Shown: positions 1 to 9,411, counted from the first letter of the stretch. The stretch: DNA of 64,000 nucleotides from an uncultured Chloroflexia bacterium (GCA_963825525.1 CAWGTN010000002.1:1248001-1312000); one strand, 5' to 3'. Notes: generated by a model from the letters alone, not told the origin. Numbers and translations: made by a program.

Positions 1-447
1 GGCAGTGAGTTCGCCGATCCGGAGAACCTCGGCATCGGCGTCATTCCGGCCGGACCGGATGGCGACAAGGGCTCGCCGATCGGTGGGCACAGCTACGTGC
101 TGTACGCCGGCATGGAGGAGGCGGAGCAGGCATGTGCCGCCGCGTTCGTGCAGTACCTCAGCTCGGCTGAGAACCAGGGCCGCCTGGCGACCGAGCTCAA
201 CCTCCTCCCGACGCGCACCAGCGCGTACGAGCTGCCCGAGGTTGCCGAGAATCGGCTGATCGCCGACTTCGGCACCGTGATCGAGAACGCCACTGCGCGC
301 CCGGTCGTACCGGAAGGCGGCGGGATCTACGCGGACTTCGGTCCGAACTTCCAGGCTGCCTGGACCGAGGACAAGTCGGCGCAGCAGGCGCTCGACGACG
401 TTGCCGCAGCGTGGGAGACCCTTCTCGGAGATCGGCTCGCGCAGTAA
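1..447 (+). CDS. sugar ABC transporter substrate-binding protein, C-terminal part (5' end outside the window)
   Basis: Frame 1 is open from base 1 (GSEFADPENLGIGVIPAGPDGDKGSPIGGHSYVLYAG...AQQALDDVAAAW), typical of a carbohydrate-binding-protein C-terminus; followed by two sugar permeases. Confidence 0.85.
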   Translation, partial: GSEFADPENLGIGVIPAGPDGDKGSPIGGHSYVLYAGMEEAEQACAAAFVQYLSSAENQGRLATELNLLPTRTSAYELPEVAENRLIADFGTVIENATARPVVPEGGGIYADFGPNFQAAWTEDKSAQQALDDVAAAWETLLGDRLAQ

Positions 448-459
448 AGTCGGATCGCC

Positions 460-494
460 GCTCCCAGGCCGGGCGCCACGCTCGGTCTGGGAGC
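460..494 (+). terminator. intercistronic stem-loop after the binding-protein gene (mRNA stabiliser or attenuator)
   Basis: GCTCCCAGGCCGGGCG-cca-CGCTCGGTCTGGGAGC: about 16-bp stem with G-U pairs, no U tract. Confidence 0.6.
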
Positions 495-539
495 CATCCG
501 TGGCTGGCACCTTGACCAATCGGCACTGGAGAAGCCCCG

Positions 540-1427
540 ATGCGTGAACGGATGTGGGTGGCCTACGCCTTCATGGCACCGGTCGCCGTGGTGATGACGA
601 TCATCGTCATCTACCCGCTCATCGGATCCGTGGTGTCGAGCTTCACCGACCTGGACCGGAGCAACTCGGCCACGGTCTTCCGCCCCGGATCAGAGCAGTT
701 CATCGGAATCGACAACTACGTCAGGGTGCTGACCAGCGACGAGTTTCGCGGCAGGCTGACCTGGACGATCGTCTGGACGGCCGCCAACGTCTTCTTCCAC
801 TTCACGTTTGGGCTTGGCCTGGCCCTGCTGCTGAACCAGCGCTTCCGCGGCCGAACCGTGTATCGGCTCATCCTCATGCTGCCGTGGGCGGTACCCGCGT
901 TCATCAGCGCGGTGAGCTGGCGCTACATCTTCAACGGTCAGTACGGCGTTCTGAACCTCATGCTCGATGGCATCGGGATCGACGGACCAAACTGGCTATC
1001 CGATCCCTTCTGGGCCTACGTTGCTCCGATCATCGTCAACGTCTGGCTCGGCGTTCCGTTCATGATGGTGGCGCTGCTCGGCGGGATGCAGTCGATCCCA
1101 AGCGACCTCTACGAGGCGGCTCGGGTCGACGGCGCGAATCGTCGACAGGCGTTCTGGAACGTGACGATCCCGCAGCTGAAGTCGGTCTCCGTGGCCGTGA
1201 CCATGCTCGGCATCATCTGGACCTTCAACCTGTTCGTGGTGATCTTCCTGACGACCGGCGGCGGACCAGGTGGCCGAACCGACATCCTCGTCACGGAGTC
1301 GTTCAATCTCTTCCAGGCGGGTCAGTACGCCGTGGCTGCCACGTACTCGGTGATCATTCTGTCGCTGCTGCTCGTCTTCGTGACGTTCTACCAGCGAATC
1401 TTCCGCACGGAGGACGTCGCCCGATGA
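540..1427 (+). CDS. carbohydrate ABC transporter permease (MalF-like)
   Basis: Hydrophobic helices; EAA loop LYEAARVDGANRRQAFWNVTIP; GGAG upstream. Confidence 0.93.
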   Translation: MRERMWVAYAFMAPVAVVMTIIVIYPLIGSVVSSFTDLDRSNSATVFRPGSEQFIGIDNYVRVLTSDEFRGRLTWTIVWTAANVFFHFTFGLGLALLLNQRFRGRTVYRLILMLPWAVPAFISAVSWRYIFNGQYGVLNLMLDGIGIDGPNWLSDPFWAYVAPIIVNVWLGVPFMMVALLGGMQSIPSDLYEAARVDGANRRQAFWNVTIPQLKSVSVAVTMLGIIWTFNLFVVIFLTTGGGPGGRTDILVTESFNLFQAGQYAVAATYSVIILSLLLVFVTFYQRIFRTEDVAR

Positions 1428-2272
1428 AGCAGCCGCTGTGGGAGAAGGTCGCGACCCACGTGATCCTCATCTTCGCCTCGTTCATCGCCATCTTCCCGAT
1501 CCTGTGGATCATCTCGACATCGTTCAAGAACCGGTTCGACGTGCTGTCGACCGAGATCCACCTCATTCCGGAGGAGCCGACGCTCGAGAACTACGAGTCG
1601 CTGTTCGACCCGGGCAGCGCGACCGGCGGCTTCTTCTGGAGCTGGTTCGGGAACTCGCTGCTGATCGCCGTCCTGACCACGATCCTGTCGGTGTTCCTGG
1701 CGTCGACCGCAGCGTACGCACTGAGCCGGTATCGCTTCTGGGGCAAGCGGCCGATGACCAGCTTCTTCCTGACCAGCCAGATGTTTCCCGCTGTGATCCT
1801 GCTGGTGCCCCTGTTCCAGCTCCTCGCCGTTCAGTTTCGTCTCCTGAACACGCCGTGGGCGCTCGTCCTTGCCTACGCCACCACGGCCATCCCGTTCTGC
1901 GTGCTGATGCTGAAGAGCTATTTCGACACACTGCCGATCGAGCTGGAGGAGGCCGCCAAGATCGATGGGCTTGGCCCGTTCGGAGCGTTCTGGCGCATCG
2001 TCGTGCCCCTCTCGACGCCCGGCATCGCGGTCACCGCGTTCTATGCCTTCATCACCGCCTGGAACGAGTTCCTCTACGCCCTGGTATTCCTCACCAAGCC
2101 GGAGGCGTTCACGCTGCCGATCGGCGTCCGCCTGTTCATCAACCAGTTCACGCAGAACTGGGGCGGGACCATGGCACTGTCGGTCATCGTGACCATTCCG
2201 GTGATGGTGTTCTTCTACATCGCCCAGCGCTACCTGATCAGCGGGCTCTCCACCGGCGGCGTCAAGGGATAG
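1424..2272 (+). CDS. carbohydrate ABC transporter permease (MalG-like)
   Basis: Real start MKQPLWEK at an ATGA overlap with the previous stop; EAA loop LEEAAKIDG; AWNEF motif; C-terminal GGVKG. Confidence 0.93.
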   Translation: MKQPLWEKVATHVILIFASFIAIFPILWIISTSFKNRFDVLSTEIHLIPEEPTLENYESLFDPGSATGGFFWSWFGNSLLIAVLTTILSVFLASTAAYALSRYRFWGKRPMTSFFLTSQMFPAVILLVPLFQLLAVQFRLLNTPWALVLAYATTAIPFCVLMLKSYFDTLPIELEEAAKIDGLGPFGAFWRIVVPLSTPGIAVTAFYAFITAWNEFLYALVFLTKPEAFTLPIGVRLFINQFTQNWGGTMALSVIVTIPVMVFFYIAQRYLISGLSTGGVKG

Positions 2273-2356
2273 TCAGGCTAGGCGCCACCGACGCCGCACT
2301 GACCACGAACCTGGCGCCGCCACCGAGCCGGGTCACGTACGCCCTACCATGCGGCC

Positions 2357-3865
2357 ATGGGCTGGCTTGCGGAGCTGTTCGAAACCAACCGAATCATCGT
2401 GCTGTCGGTGTACGGCCAGGTCTTCTTCGTGATGGGATTGGCCGTCGCGCTCCAGAGCCGGCGACGATCGCAGCTTCCGCTGGCGGCTCCGCTCGCCTGG
2501 CTCGCGGGCTTTGGAATCGTCCACGGGCTCATGGAGTGGGGCTACCTGTTCATCCCGATCCAGGCCGGGTTTCTGCCACAGCCCGTGATCGAGGGGCTGC
2601 TGGTCCTCCAGCTCCTGCTCAAGCCTCTCAGCTTCGCGCTGTTGTTCCAATTCGGCGTCGAGCTCATCCACAGCGCGCGCGGCTCGAGCGCGGGACGGAA
2701 TGTGATCCTCAGGCTCATCCCCGCGCTGAGCCTGTTGCTGTGGGTCGTGGCAACCGTAGCGATCTCCGCCTTCGTCGCTCCGGGTCAGGTTCCGGACCCT
2801 CGACCATGGCTTCCGTCGACCGACCTGGTTCCGGCGCTTGCCGACGTCGGAGCGCCACTGGCGGTCGGTGACGTGGTGGCGCGGTTCATGATCGCCCTGC
2901 CCGCCTCGCTGGTGGTGGCGATCGGACTGCAGAGGGTTGCCCGATTGCTGGGAGGCGCCGTGGTTCCGGCCGCAGCCGTCGCCCTGCGCGCGGCGTCAAT
3001 CGCCTTTGTCGGATATGCGGTGGTGGCCGGCCTGGTGCCACTACCGGCGCCGCTTCCGCCGGCCTCGATCATCAACAGCCAGGTGGTGTTGGAGACGCTG
3101 GGCATCCCGATCGAGGTCTTTCGATCGCTCGCCGGCCTCACCATCGCGGTCGCCGTCATCCTCAGTCTCGAGATCTTCGAGCACGAAACCGACCGCACCC
3201 TCGCCGAGGCAAGGCGACGCGAGCTGTTGCTCAGGGAGCGCGAGCGCATCGGGCGAGACCTCCACGACGGCATCATCCAATCCATCTATGCCGCCGGATT
3301 GCATCTCGAGCAGGCATCGTCGGACGTCGGTGCGGACCCGGCGGCGACGCGGTCGCGGATCGCCACCGTGATGGCCGAGCTGAATCGGATCACCTCGGAC
3401 ATCCGCGGCACGATTTTCGACCTTCGCTCGGGCGAGGTCAGTGGGCGAGATGCCGAGGCCATCGTGCTGGCGGTGGCCGACGAGCTCCAGGCACACACGC
3501 TGGTGCAACTGCAGATTCGCTCCGAGGGAGGCTTCCGCCCGCAGCTCGGCGCCGAACAGTCCGAGCATCTTCGACACATCGTGATCGAGGCCTTCAGCAA
3601 CATCCTGCGTCACGCCAACGCGAGCAACGTGCTCGTCGAGACGCGGGGCGAGCCCGACTTCTTCACGCTCGAGATCAGGGATGACGGCCACGGCTTCGAG
3701 TCGGGGGCCGTCGCGGGCGCGGACGCCGGCCAGGCGCAGGGGCTCGTGAACATGCGTCGTCGGGCCGAGCTGCTCGGTGCCGAGCTGGAGGTCAGGTCGG
3801 CGAGCGGGCAGGGCACGGCGCTGTCGCTTAGGATGCCGGTGGCCACCGTTCGCCGGACCCCATGA
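2357..3865 (+). CDS. membrane sensor histidine kinase (HisKA_3 / NarX-DevS type)
   Basis: About 7 TM N-terminal domain; H-box ERERIGRDLHDGIIQ; N-box EAFSNILRHA; DDGHGF and GLVNMRRRA boxes. Confidence 0.92.
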   Translation: MGWLAELFETNRIIVLSVYGQVFFVMGLAVALQSRRRSQLPLAAPLAWLAGFGIVHGLMEWGYLFIPIQAGFLPQPVIEGLLVLQLLLKPLSFALLFQFGVELIHSARGSSAGRNVILRLIPALSLLLWVVATVAISAFVAPGQVPDPRPWLPSTDLVPALADVGAPLAVGDVVARFMIALPASLVVAIGLQRVARLLGGAVVPAAAVALRAASIAFVGYAVVAGLVPLPAPLPPASIINSQVVLETLGIPIEVFRSLAGLTIAVAVILSLEIFEHETDRTLAEARRRELLLRERERIGRDLHDGIIQSIYAAGLHLEQASSDVGADPAATRSRIATVMAELNRITSDIRGTIFDLRSGEVSGRDAEAIVLAVADELQAHTLVQLQIRSEGGFRPQLGAEQSEHLRHIVIEAFSNILRHANASNVLVETRGEPDFFTLEIRDDGHGFESGAVAGADAGQAQGLVNMRRRAELLGAELEVRSASGQGTALSLRMPVATVRRTP

Positions 3866-4557
3866 ACCAACCCACCACTCCGACAACCCCCGATGCCGAT
3901 GTCCGAATCCTCATTGCCGATGACCATGAGGTGGTGCGCATCGGACTCGCCTCGCTGCTCGATCGTCAGCCGGGCTTCAGTGTCGTGGCCGAGGCCGGCT
4001 CCGGCGAGGAGGCCATTCGTGCGGCGCGCAGCCTGCGACCGGACGTCATCGTGATGGACATTCGCATGCCGGGCGGATCCGGCATCGACGCGTGCCGAAC
4101 GATCACCGCCGAGATGCCGACCATCCCGGTCATCATGCTGACCAGCTATGCCGATTCGGAGGCGCTGTTCGAGGCCATCGACGCGGGAGCCTCCGGCTAC
4201 GTGCTCAAGCGCGTCGGCTCCACCGAGCTTGTCGACGCCGTGCGAACTGTTGCCGCTGGGGGCTCGCTGCTCGACCCGGCCGTCACGCGGCGTGTGCTCG
4301 ACCGCATCCGAAGCACGGCACGGGCGGAGGAGGCCGGTGCTTTCCGCGACCTGACCGAGCAGGAGCGTCGGGTGCTGGCGCACGTGGCTGACGGGGCATC
4401 CAACCGGGAGATCGCGACGCGGATGGGCCTCGCCGAGAAGACCGTGCGGAACTACGTCTCGAACATCCTGGCCAAGCTCGCCCTCGACAGCCGGGCCCAG
4501 GCGGCCGGACACGCCATCCGCAACCGGCTTCCCGAACTCGAGGAGCTGAAGCCATGA
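3862..4557 (+). CDS. NarL/DevR-family DNA-binding response regulator
   Basis: Receiver domain (ADDHEVVR, MDIRMP, GYVLK) plus LuxR HTH (LTEQERRVL...LAEKTVRNYVSNILAKL). Confidence 0.95.
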   Translation: MNQPTTPTTPDADVRILIADDHEVVRIGLASLLDRQPGFSVVAEAGSGEEAIRAARSLRPDVIVMDIRMPGGSGIDACRTITAEMPTIPVIMLTSYADSEALFEAIDAGASGYVLKRVGSTELVDAVRTVAAGGSLLDPAVTRRVLDRIRSTARAEEAGAFRDLTEQERRVLAHVADGASNREIATRMGLAEKTVRNYVSNILAKLALDSRAQAAGHAIRNRLPELEELKP

Positions 4558-5192
4558 GCCGATGGACAACCGCCTCGCTCACGATCGTGATGAGCATCTC
4601 GCTCGTCGCGTGTGCCGGAGACCAGCCGCCGACCGGCTCGTCATCGTCGACCGCTGGCGAGTCGAGTTCTCCGACGGCGGCCCCGTCCGCCACGACCCCG
4701 GCGTCGGTCGTGCCGACGACCTCTCCCGCGCCCTCGCTCGCCCTCGACCTCCCGTCAACGGTCGACTCGCGGGTCGTGGCCGTGCAGGTGGATCAGCGGC
4801 TCGAAGCCTCGAGCGGTGCCGTCGTGGTGACCGTGACGAGCCTGGCCAGCGAGCGGATCGACGAGCTCGTCCTTCGTTGGCCGACGGCACTCAACGACCT
4901 GCTGTACCTCGCCCCGTTCACGCCCAGCGACGAGCGAATCCGGGATGGCGGCGACCCTCTCGTCCAGCCCTGGACGAAGTGGGTGATCGGACCCGGTGAG
5001 CGCGGTGAACCCGCAGGCGCCATCTCGCTGGGTTGGGGACCCCTCATGCCCGGGGCTACCCTGATCATCGAGCTCGACGCGGTGCGCCGAGTGCCCGGAC
5101 CGATCGAGTTCGATCTCCAGGTCCTGTCGTCAAATGATCTGCTCAGCCGGGACGACGGCACACCGGCGGAGTTGCGGGTGACCGTTCCCTGA
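4554..5192 (+). CDS. hypothetical lipoprotein
   Basis: Signal peptide with lipobox LVAC, Ser/Thr/Pro linker, beta-rich domain; ATGA-coupled to the regulator. Confidence 0.7.
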   Translation: MSRWTTASLTIVMSISLVACAGDQPPTGSSSSTAGESSSPTAAPSATTPASVVPTTSPAPSLALDLPSTVDSRVVAVQVDQRLEASSGAVVVTVTSLASERIDELVLRWPTALNDLLYLAPFTPSDERIRDGGDPLVQPWTKWVIGPGERGEPAGAISLGWGPLMPGATLIIELDAVRRVPGPIEFDLQVLSSNDLLSRDDGTPAELRVTVP

Positions 5193-5896
5193 TGCGACCG
5201 ATCCTGCCGGCCTGGACCGATTCTGACCCCGTGCTCCACGCACGGCTCGGCGCTGCCATCGACCCCGACCGCAAGGTGCTCGACGCCATGGAGCGCATCG
5301 TCCCCCTCCGCGGGCTCCGCATCGCGGACGTCGGCACCGGCATCGGTCACTATCCGATGTTGTTGGCGCGGCGAACCGGCCGGACCTATGGCGTGGAGTC
5401 CGACCCCGCCCTGCGGGCCGAGGCCCAGCGGCGCGCCGCGGACTCGCACCAACCCAACATCAGGATCGTGGACGGAACACCGCACGCGCTGCCTCTCCGT
5501 GACGGCGCCGTGGATGTAGTCCTGACATCGCTCATCGATCCCGATGACGCGTCGCTGCCGGCAGTGGCGGAGGCACTTCGTGTGCTCCGCCCCGGCGGTC
5601 GGCTGATCGTGATCGCGCACTATGGCCGAGACGACGTTTCGAGCCTGCTCGAACCCGAGGTCGTCACGCATGGCGTCGAGGCGACTCGACGCCGGACGGG
5701 CTGGTGGCAGCGCAACGGCTTCAAGATCAAGGTCGTCCACTCGCGCCTGGACCTCGGCGATAGCCGCACTGCCCATGATCTGCTTCCCCGCCTGTACGGC
5801 GATCGCGGCCGCGCTTACCTCATGGGCCCGCACGCCTCGTCCCTCAGCCTCAATCTCGGCCTCTACCACCACCAGGTGCGCGACGCGACCCACTGA
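5192..5896 (+). CDS. class I SAM-dependent methyltransferase
   Basis: Motif I IADVGTGIG; LPLRDGAVDVV; RVLRPGG. Confidence 0.88.
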   Translation: MRPILPAWTDSDPVLHARLGAAIDPDRKVLDAMERIVPLRGLRIADVGTGIGHYPMLLARRTGRTYGVESDPALRAEAQRRAADSHQPNIRIVDGTPHALPLRDGAVDVVLTSLIDPDDASLPAVAEALRVLRPGGRLIVIAHYGRDDVSSLLEPEVVTHGVEATRRRTGWWQRNGFKIKVVHSRLDLGDSRTAHDLLPRLYGDRGRAYLMGPHASSLSLNLGLYHHQVRDATH

Positions 5897-5963
5897 GATT
5901 CGGCGCGATTTTCTGGCGGCCGATGCTGAACCGTCTTGCGGGCGCGCGGGGGGCCGGATATCA

Positions 5964-6026
5964 TCGGGGCGTCCGAAGGCCAGGCTCTTCTCCCCCCGGA
6001 GCCTGGCCTTCGGCATGCCCGCCGAC
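5964..6026 (+). ncRNA. long hairpin with C6 loop, candidate small RNA or terminator
   Basis: Perfect 15-bp stem 5973-5987 / 5999-6013, loop TTCTCCCCCCG, stem extendable; TATCAT at 5959-5964. Confidence 0.35.
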
Positions 6027-6112
6027 CTTCCGATGCGATAATGGCCGTCACGTCCTTGTTCCCACCCCGGTCGAGTTCGACCCGCCCACGCAGGAGGCAC
6101 GCGTCCGCTCAC

Positions 6113-7705
6113 ATGGCCACCACGCCGCGCATGAAGATCACGTACGCCACGCTCTCGGCCGACAACGAGGAGCTCCAGCAATCGTTCGACGCGGCCGTCG
6201 AGCGAGCCCGCACCGGCCTGGGACGCACCTACCCGATGCTCATCGGCGGCGAGGAGCGCATGCGGGACGAGACCTTCGAGGACCGTTCCCCGATCGACAC
6301 CGACGTCGTCATCGCGCGCTTCCCGGTCGGCACCCGCGAGGACGTTCGGGATGCCATCGCCGCGGCTCGGGCGGCGTTCCCAGCCTGGCGCAACACGCCG
6401 TGGCGCGAGCGTCTGGCCATCCTGCGCCGCGCGGCGGACCTCATCAGCGAGCGGCAGTTCGACTACGCGGCGCTCATGGCGCTCGAGGTCGGCAAGAACC
6501 GGCTCGAGGCACTCGGTGACGTCGAGGAGACGGCGGACCTGCTGCGCTACTACGGCGACGAGTTCGAGAAGGCCGATGGCTTCGTGAAGCCACTCGGATC
6601 GCTCTCGCCGATCGAGTCCACGCGTTCCGTCCTGCGCCCATACGGCGTCTTCGGCGTCATCAGCCCGTTCAACTTCCCGATGGCGCTGGCAGGCGGCCCC
6701 GCCGGCGGCGCGATGATCGCCGGCAACACCGTGGTCCTGAAGCCCAGCAGCGACGCCCCGTTGAGCGGCTGGAAGTTCGGCGAGGCCCTCCGCGACGCGG
6801 GATTGCCGGACGGGGTCTTCAACCTTGTCACCGGCCCGGGCGAGACGGTCGGGGCCGAGCTCCAGGAGAACCCGGGGATCGACGGCATGGTCTTCACCGG
6901 CTCGTACGAGGTCGGGATGAAGCTGTATCGCAGCTTCACGAAGGACTATCCGCGACCGATCATCACCGAGATGGGTGGAAAGAACCCGGCCATCGTGACC
7001 CGCCACGCCGACCTCGACGAGGCGGCGGAGGGTGTCATGCGCTCGGCATTCGGCTTTGACGGGCAGAAGTGCAGCGCGAACTCGCGCGTCTACGTCGAGA
7101 AGCCGGTGGCCGCCGAATTCGTGCAGAAGCTCGTCGAAAAGGCCCGCGACATCACGGTCGGCGACCCGACGAAGCGCGAGACCTGGATGGGTCCGGTCAT
7201 CAACCAGCGCGCGCTGGACACGTTCCAGCGCGCCGTCGACGACGCGAAGGCCGACGGCGGCTCCATCGAGCTCGGCGGCGAGGTCCTGCGCACGGCGGAC
7301 ACCGAACGCGGCTTCTTCCCCACCCCCACCGTCGTGACCGGGCTCCCGCTGGAGCATCGGCTCTACCGCGACGAGCTCTTCGTCCCGTTCCTGGTGGTGG
7401 GCGAGGTGGATTCGCTCGACCAGGCCCTCACCGAGGCGAACGCCAGCGAGTACGGGCTCACGGCCGGCATCTTCAGTCATGACGAGGCCGAGGTGACGCG
7501 CTTCCTCGACACAATCCAGGCGGGCGTCGTCTACGTGAACCGGCGCGCTGGTGCGACGACGGGCGCCTGGCCGGGGATCCAGAGCTTCGGCGGCTGGAAG
7601 GGATCCGGGTCGTCGGGAAAGAGCGGCCTCGGTCCCTACTACGTGCAGCAGTTCCTGCGTGAGCAGTCGCAGACCGTCATCGGCGACGAGCCGCCGACCC
7701 TGTGA
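6113..7705 (+). CDS. aldehyde dehydrogenase, 1-pyrroline-5-carboxylate dehydrogenase-like
   Basis: ISPFNFP, FTGS, EMGGKN, GQKCSA, ELFVP, SFGGWKGSG motifs; AGGAGG upstream. Confidence 0.9.
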   Translation: MATTPRMKITYATLSADNEELQQSFDAAVERARTGLGRTYPMLIGGEERMRDETFEDRSPIDTDVVIARFPVGTREDVRDAIAAARAAFPAWRNTPWRERLAILRRAADLISERQFDYAALMALEVGKNRLEALGDVEETADLLRYYGDEFEKADGFVKPLGSLSPIESTRSVLRPYGVFGVISPFNFPMALAGGPAGGAMIAGNTVVLKPSSDAPLSGWKFGEALRDAGLPDGVFNLVTGPGETVGAELQENPGIDGMVFTGSYEVGMKLYRSFTKDYPRPIITEMGGKNPAIVTRHADLDEAAEGVMRSAFGFDGQKCSANSRVYVEKPVAAEFVQKLVEKARDITVGDPTKRETWMGPVINQRALDTFQRAVDDAKADGGSIELGGEVLRTADTERGFFPTPTVVTGLPLEHRLYRDELFVPFLVVGEVDSLDQALTEANASEYGLTAGIFSHDEAEVTRFLDTIQAGVVYVNRRAGATTGAWPGIQSFGGWKGSGSSGKSGLGPYYVQQFLREQSQTVIGDEPPTL

Positions 7706-8097
7706 CGAATGACGCCACGATCGTCGAGCCGTCCGGCTGGTTTTCGATCCAGCTCCGATACGCGTACCTCGCGGGTGAGCACGAGACGGTGACTCTCGTC
7801 GAGGACCGCGTGATCCTGGTGGAAGGCTCGGACGAGGAGGCCGCATTGGGCCGAGCGGTCGAGATGGCCCCCGACTACGAGGACGACTACGAGACCGAGG
7901 ACGGCGAGTCCGGGGCCATTCGCTTCGAGGGCATCGTCGCCATCAAGGAGCTAGACGATCCGCCCGGCGCCGGTGCCGAGGTCTGGCATGAGTTCATGTC
8001 GCCGGACCCATCGCGCTCGCAGATCGACGACGGAGGGGAACCCCTGCCGCCGGTCTATCCCGAGGAGATGGCCTTTCCCCGCGCTCGCGACGACTGA
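7702..8097 (+). CDS. DUF4288-like small acidic protein
   Basis: WF...EDRVILVEGSDEEAALGRA...YETEDG...RFEG...GAEVW pattern. Confidence 0.65.
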   Translation: MTNDATIVEPSGWFSIQLRYAYLAGEHETVTLVEDRVILVEGSDEEAALGRAVEMAPDYEDDYETEDGESGAIRFEGIVAIKELDDPPGAGAEVWHEFMSPDPSRSQIDDGGEPLPPVYPEEMAFPRARDD

Positions 8098-8100
8098 CCG

Positions 8101-9105
8101 GTGAGCTGGCGCATGGCGGCCTACCGAGCCGTCCGCCCGCTCCTCTTCCTGGCCGACGCCGAGGGAATCCATGCTGCCACCCTGGCGGCGCTGCGCGTTG
8201 CCGGCAGCAGCGGACCGGGCCGCGCCGTGGCGAGGATGGCGTCGGGCGTTGGCGGAGCCGATGCGTCCCGCGCACCGGTCGAGCTCATGGGCTTGCGCTT
8301 CCGCAACCGAATCGGCCTGGGTGCCGGCTTCGACAAGGATGGCGTCGCCATCCGGGGATGGGCCGCCCTCGGCCTCGGGTTTGTTGAGCTGGGAACCGTC
8401 ACCCCGCGCCCACAGCCCGGCAATCCGCGTCCGCGCCTGGCTCGGCTGACCGCGGACGAGGCGCTCGTCAATCGGATGGGCTTCAACAATGACGGGGCCG
8501 ATGCGCTGGCGGTCCGGATCGAGGAAGCGCGCCCGCACCTCCCGCGCGAATTCGTCATCGGGGTGAACATCGGGCGCAACCGCGACACGCCAGATGAGCG
8601 CTCCGCCGATGACTACCGCGCCGCTGCCCGCGCCGTGGCTCCGAGCGCCGACTACCTCGTCATCAACGTCAGCAGCCCGAACACGCCCGGTCTCCGAGAC
8701 CTCCAGCGTGGCGACCGCCTCCGGGGCCTGGTGGACGAGGTCCGCCAGGTGGCGAATGACGTGCCGATCCTCGTCAAGCTCTCCCCGGACCTCGACCCGG
8801 ACGAGTGCGATCGGCTCATCTCGATGCTCGCCGAGTCCGCGGCACAGGGCGCCATCCTGTCGAACACGTCCTCAACCGCCGAGGGTGGCCTGTCCGGGCG
8901 ACCGCTGGTTGACCGAACGGCGTCCGCCGTGCGGCGAGCGCGCCAGCTGGCTGGAGATCGGCTCGTGATCGTGGCGTCGGGCGGCATCACGCACCGGCGC
9001 AACGAACTGCAGACCATCCGAGCGGCTGGCTCCGATCTCGAGCAGATCTGGACCGGGCTGGTCTATGCAGGGCCGGGGCTGATCGGCGAGACTGTGCGCG
9101 CATGA
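8101..9105 (+). CDS. pyrD: quinone-dependent dihydroorotate dehydrogenase (class 2)
   Basis: GLGAGFDKDG, GTVTPRPQPGNPRPRL, NRMGFNN, NVSSPNTPGLR, VKLSPD, GGLSG. Confidence 0.95.
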   Translation: MSWRMAAYRAVRPLLFLADAEGIHAATLAALRVAGSSGPGRAVARMASGVGGADASRAPVELMGLRFRNRIGLGAGFDKDGVAIRGWAALGLGFVELGTVTPRPQPGNPRPRLARLTADEALVNRMGFNNDGADALAVRIEEARPHLPREFVIGVNIGRNRDTPDERSADDYRAAARAVAPSADYLVINVSSPNTPGLRDLQRGDRLRGLVDEVRQVANDVPILVKLSPDLDPDECDRLISMLAESAAQGAILSNTSSTAEGGLSGRPLVDRTASAVRRARQLAGDRLVIVASGGITHRRNELQTIRAAGSDLEQIWTGLVYAGPGLIGETVRA

Positions 9106-9368
9106 TTCCGATTGAGATCCTGTTCAGCCCCCTGGCGATTGCGGGGTTCGTCACGGGCGTCGTGGTCGCCTATCTCGCCGGGAAGTCGAGGGGCGATTCG
9201 TCCCAGATCATCGGCATGTCGGCCATCGGCAGCGGCCTGGCCCTGGCGGGGCTGGTGTGGGCAAACTCATTCGGCGGCGGCCCGCTCTTCGCGGCGGCGT
9301 CGGTCGGGCTTGGGGCCAGCCTGTGGGCCATCGGGATCGAACGCTCGCGGAGACCGACCATCCGCTGA
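9102..9368 (+). CDS. small 3-TM membrane protein, hypothetical
   Basis: 88 aa hydrophobic ORF, ATGA-coupled to pyrD. Confidence 0.6.
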   Translation: MIPIEILFSPLAIAGFVTGVVVAYLAGKSRGDSSQIIGMSAIGSGLALAGLVWANSFGGGPLFAAASVGLGASLWAIGIERSRRPTIR

Positions 9369-9387
9369 CCGGGTCGGTGAGTGCGCC

Positions 9388-9411
9388 TGCTAGGATGGAC
9401 TGGTCTAGCCA
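9388..9411 (+). promoter_or_regulatory. extended -10 (TGcTAGGAT) followed by a GntR/FadR-like operator TGGTCTAGCCA
   Basis: TAGGAT at 9391-9396; TGGT-N3-GCCA near-palindrome at 9401-9411 over the expected start site. Confidence 0.4.

Noticed and set aside
554-1423. Long N-terminal extensions in the ORF track (554, 5936, 23649, 27276, 40744, 58600)
   Set aside because: Out-of-frame overlap with upstream genes or run-on into intergenic DNA; true starts are downstream, supported by overlaps, an RBS or homology.
4793-7846. 1017-aa minus-strand ORF, and similar long antisense ORFs (46446-48995, 16861-18297, 9484-10434, 35406-36575)
   Set aside because: Shadow frames of well-supported genes on the opposite strand; expected in high-GC DNA and without motifs of their own.
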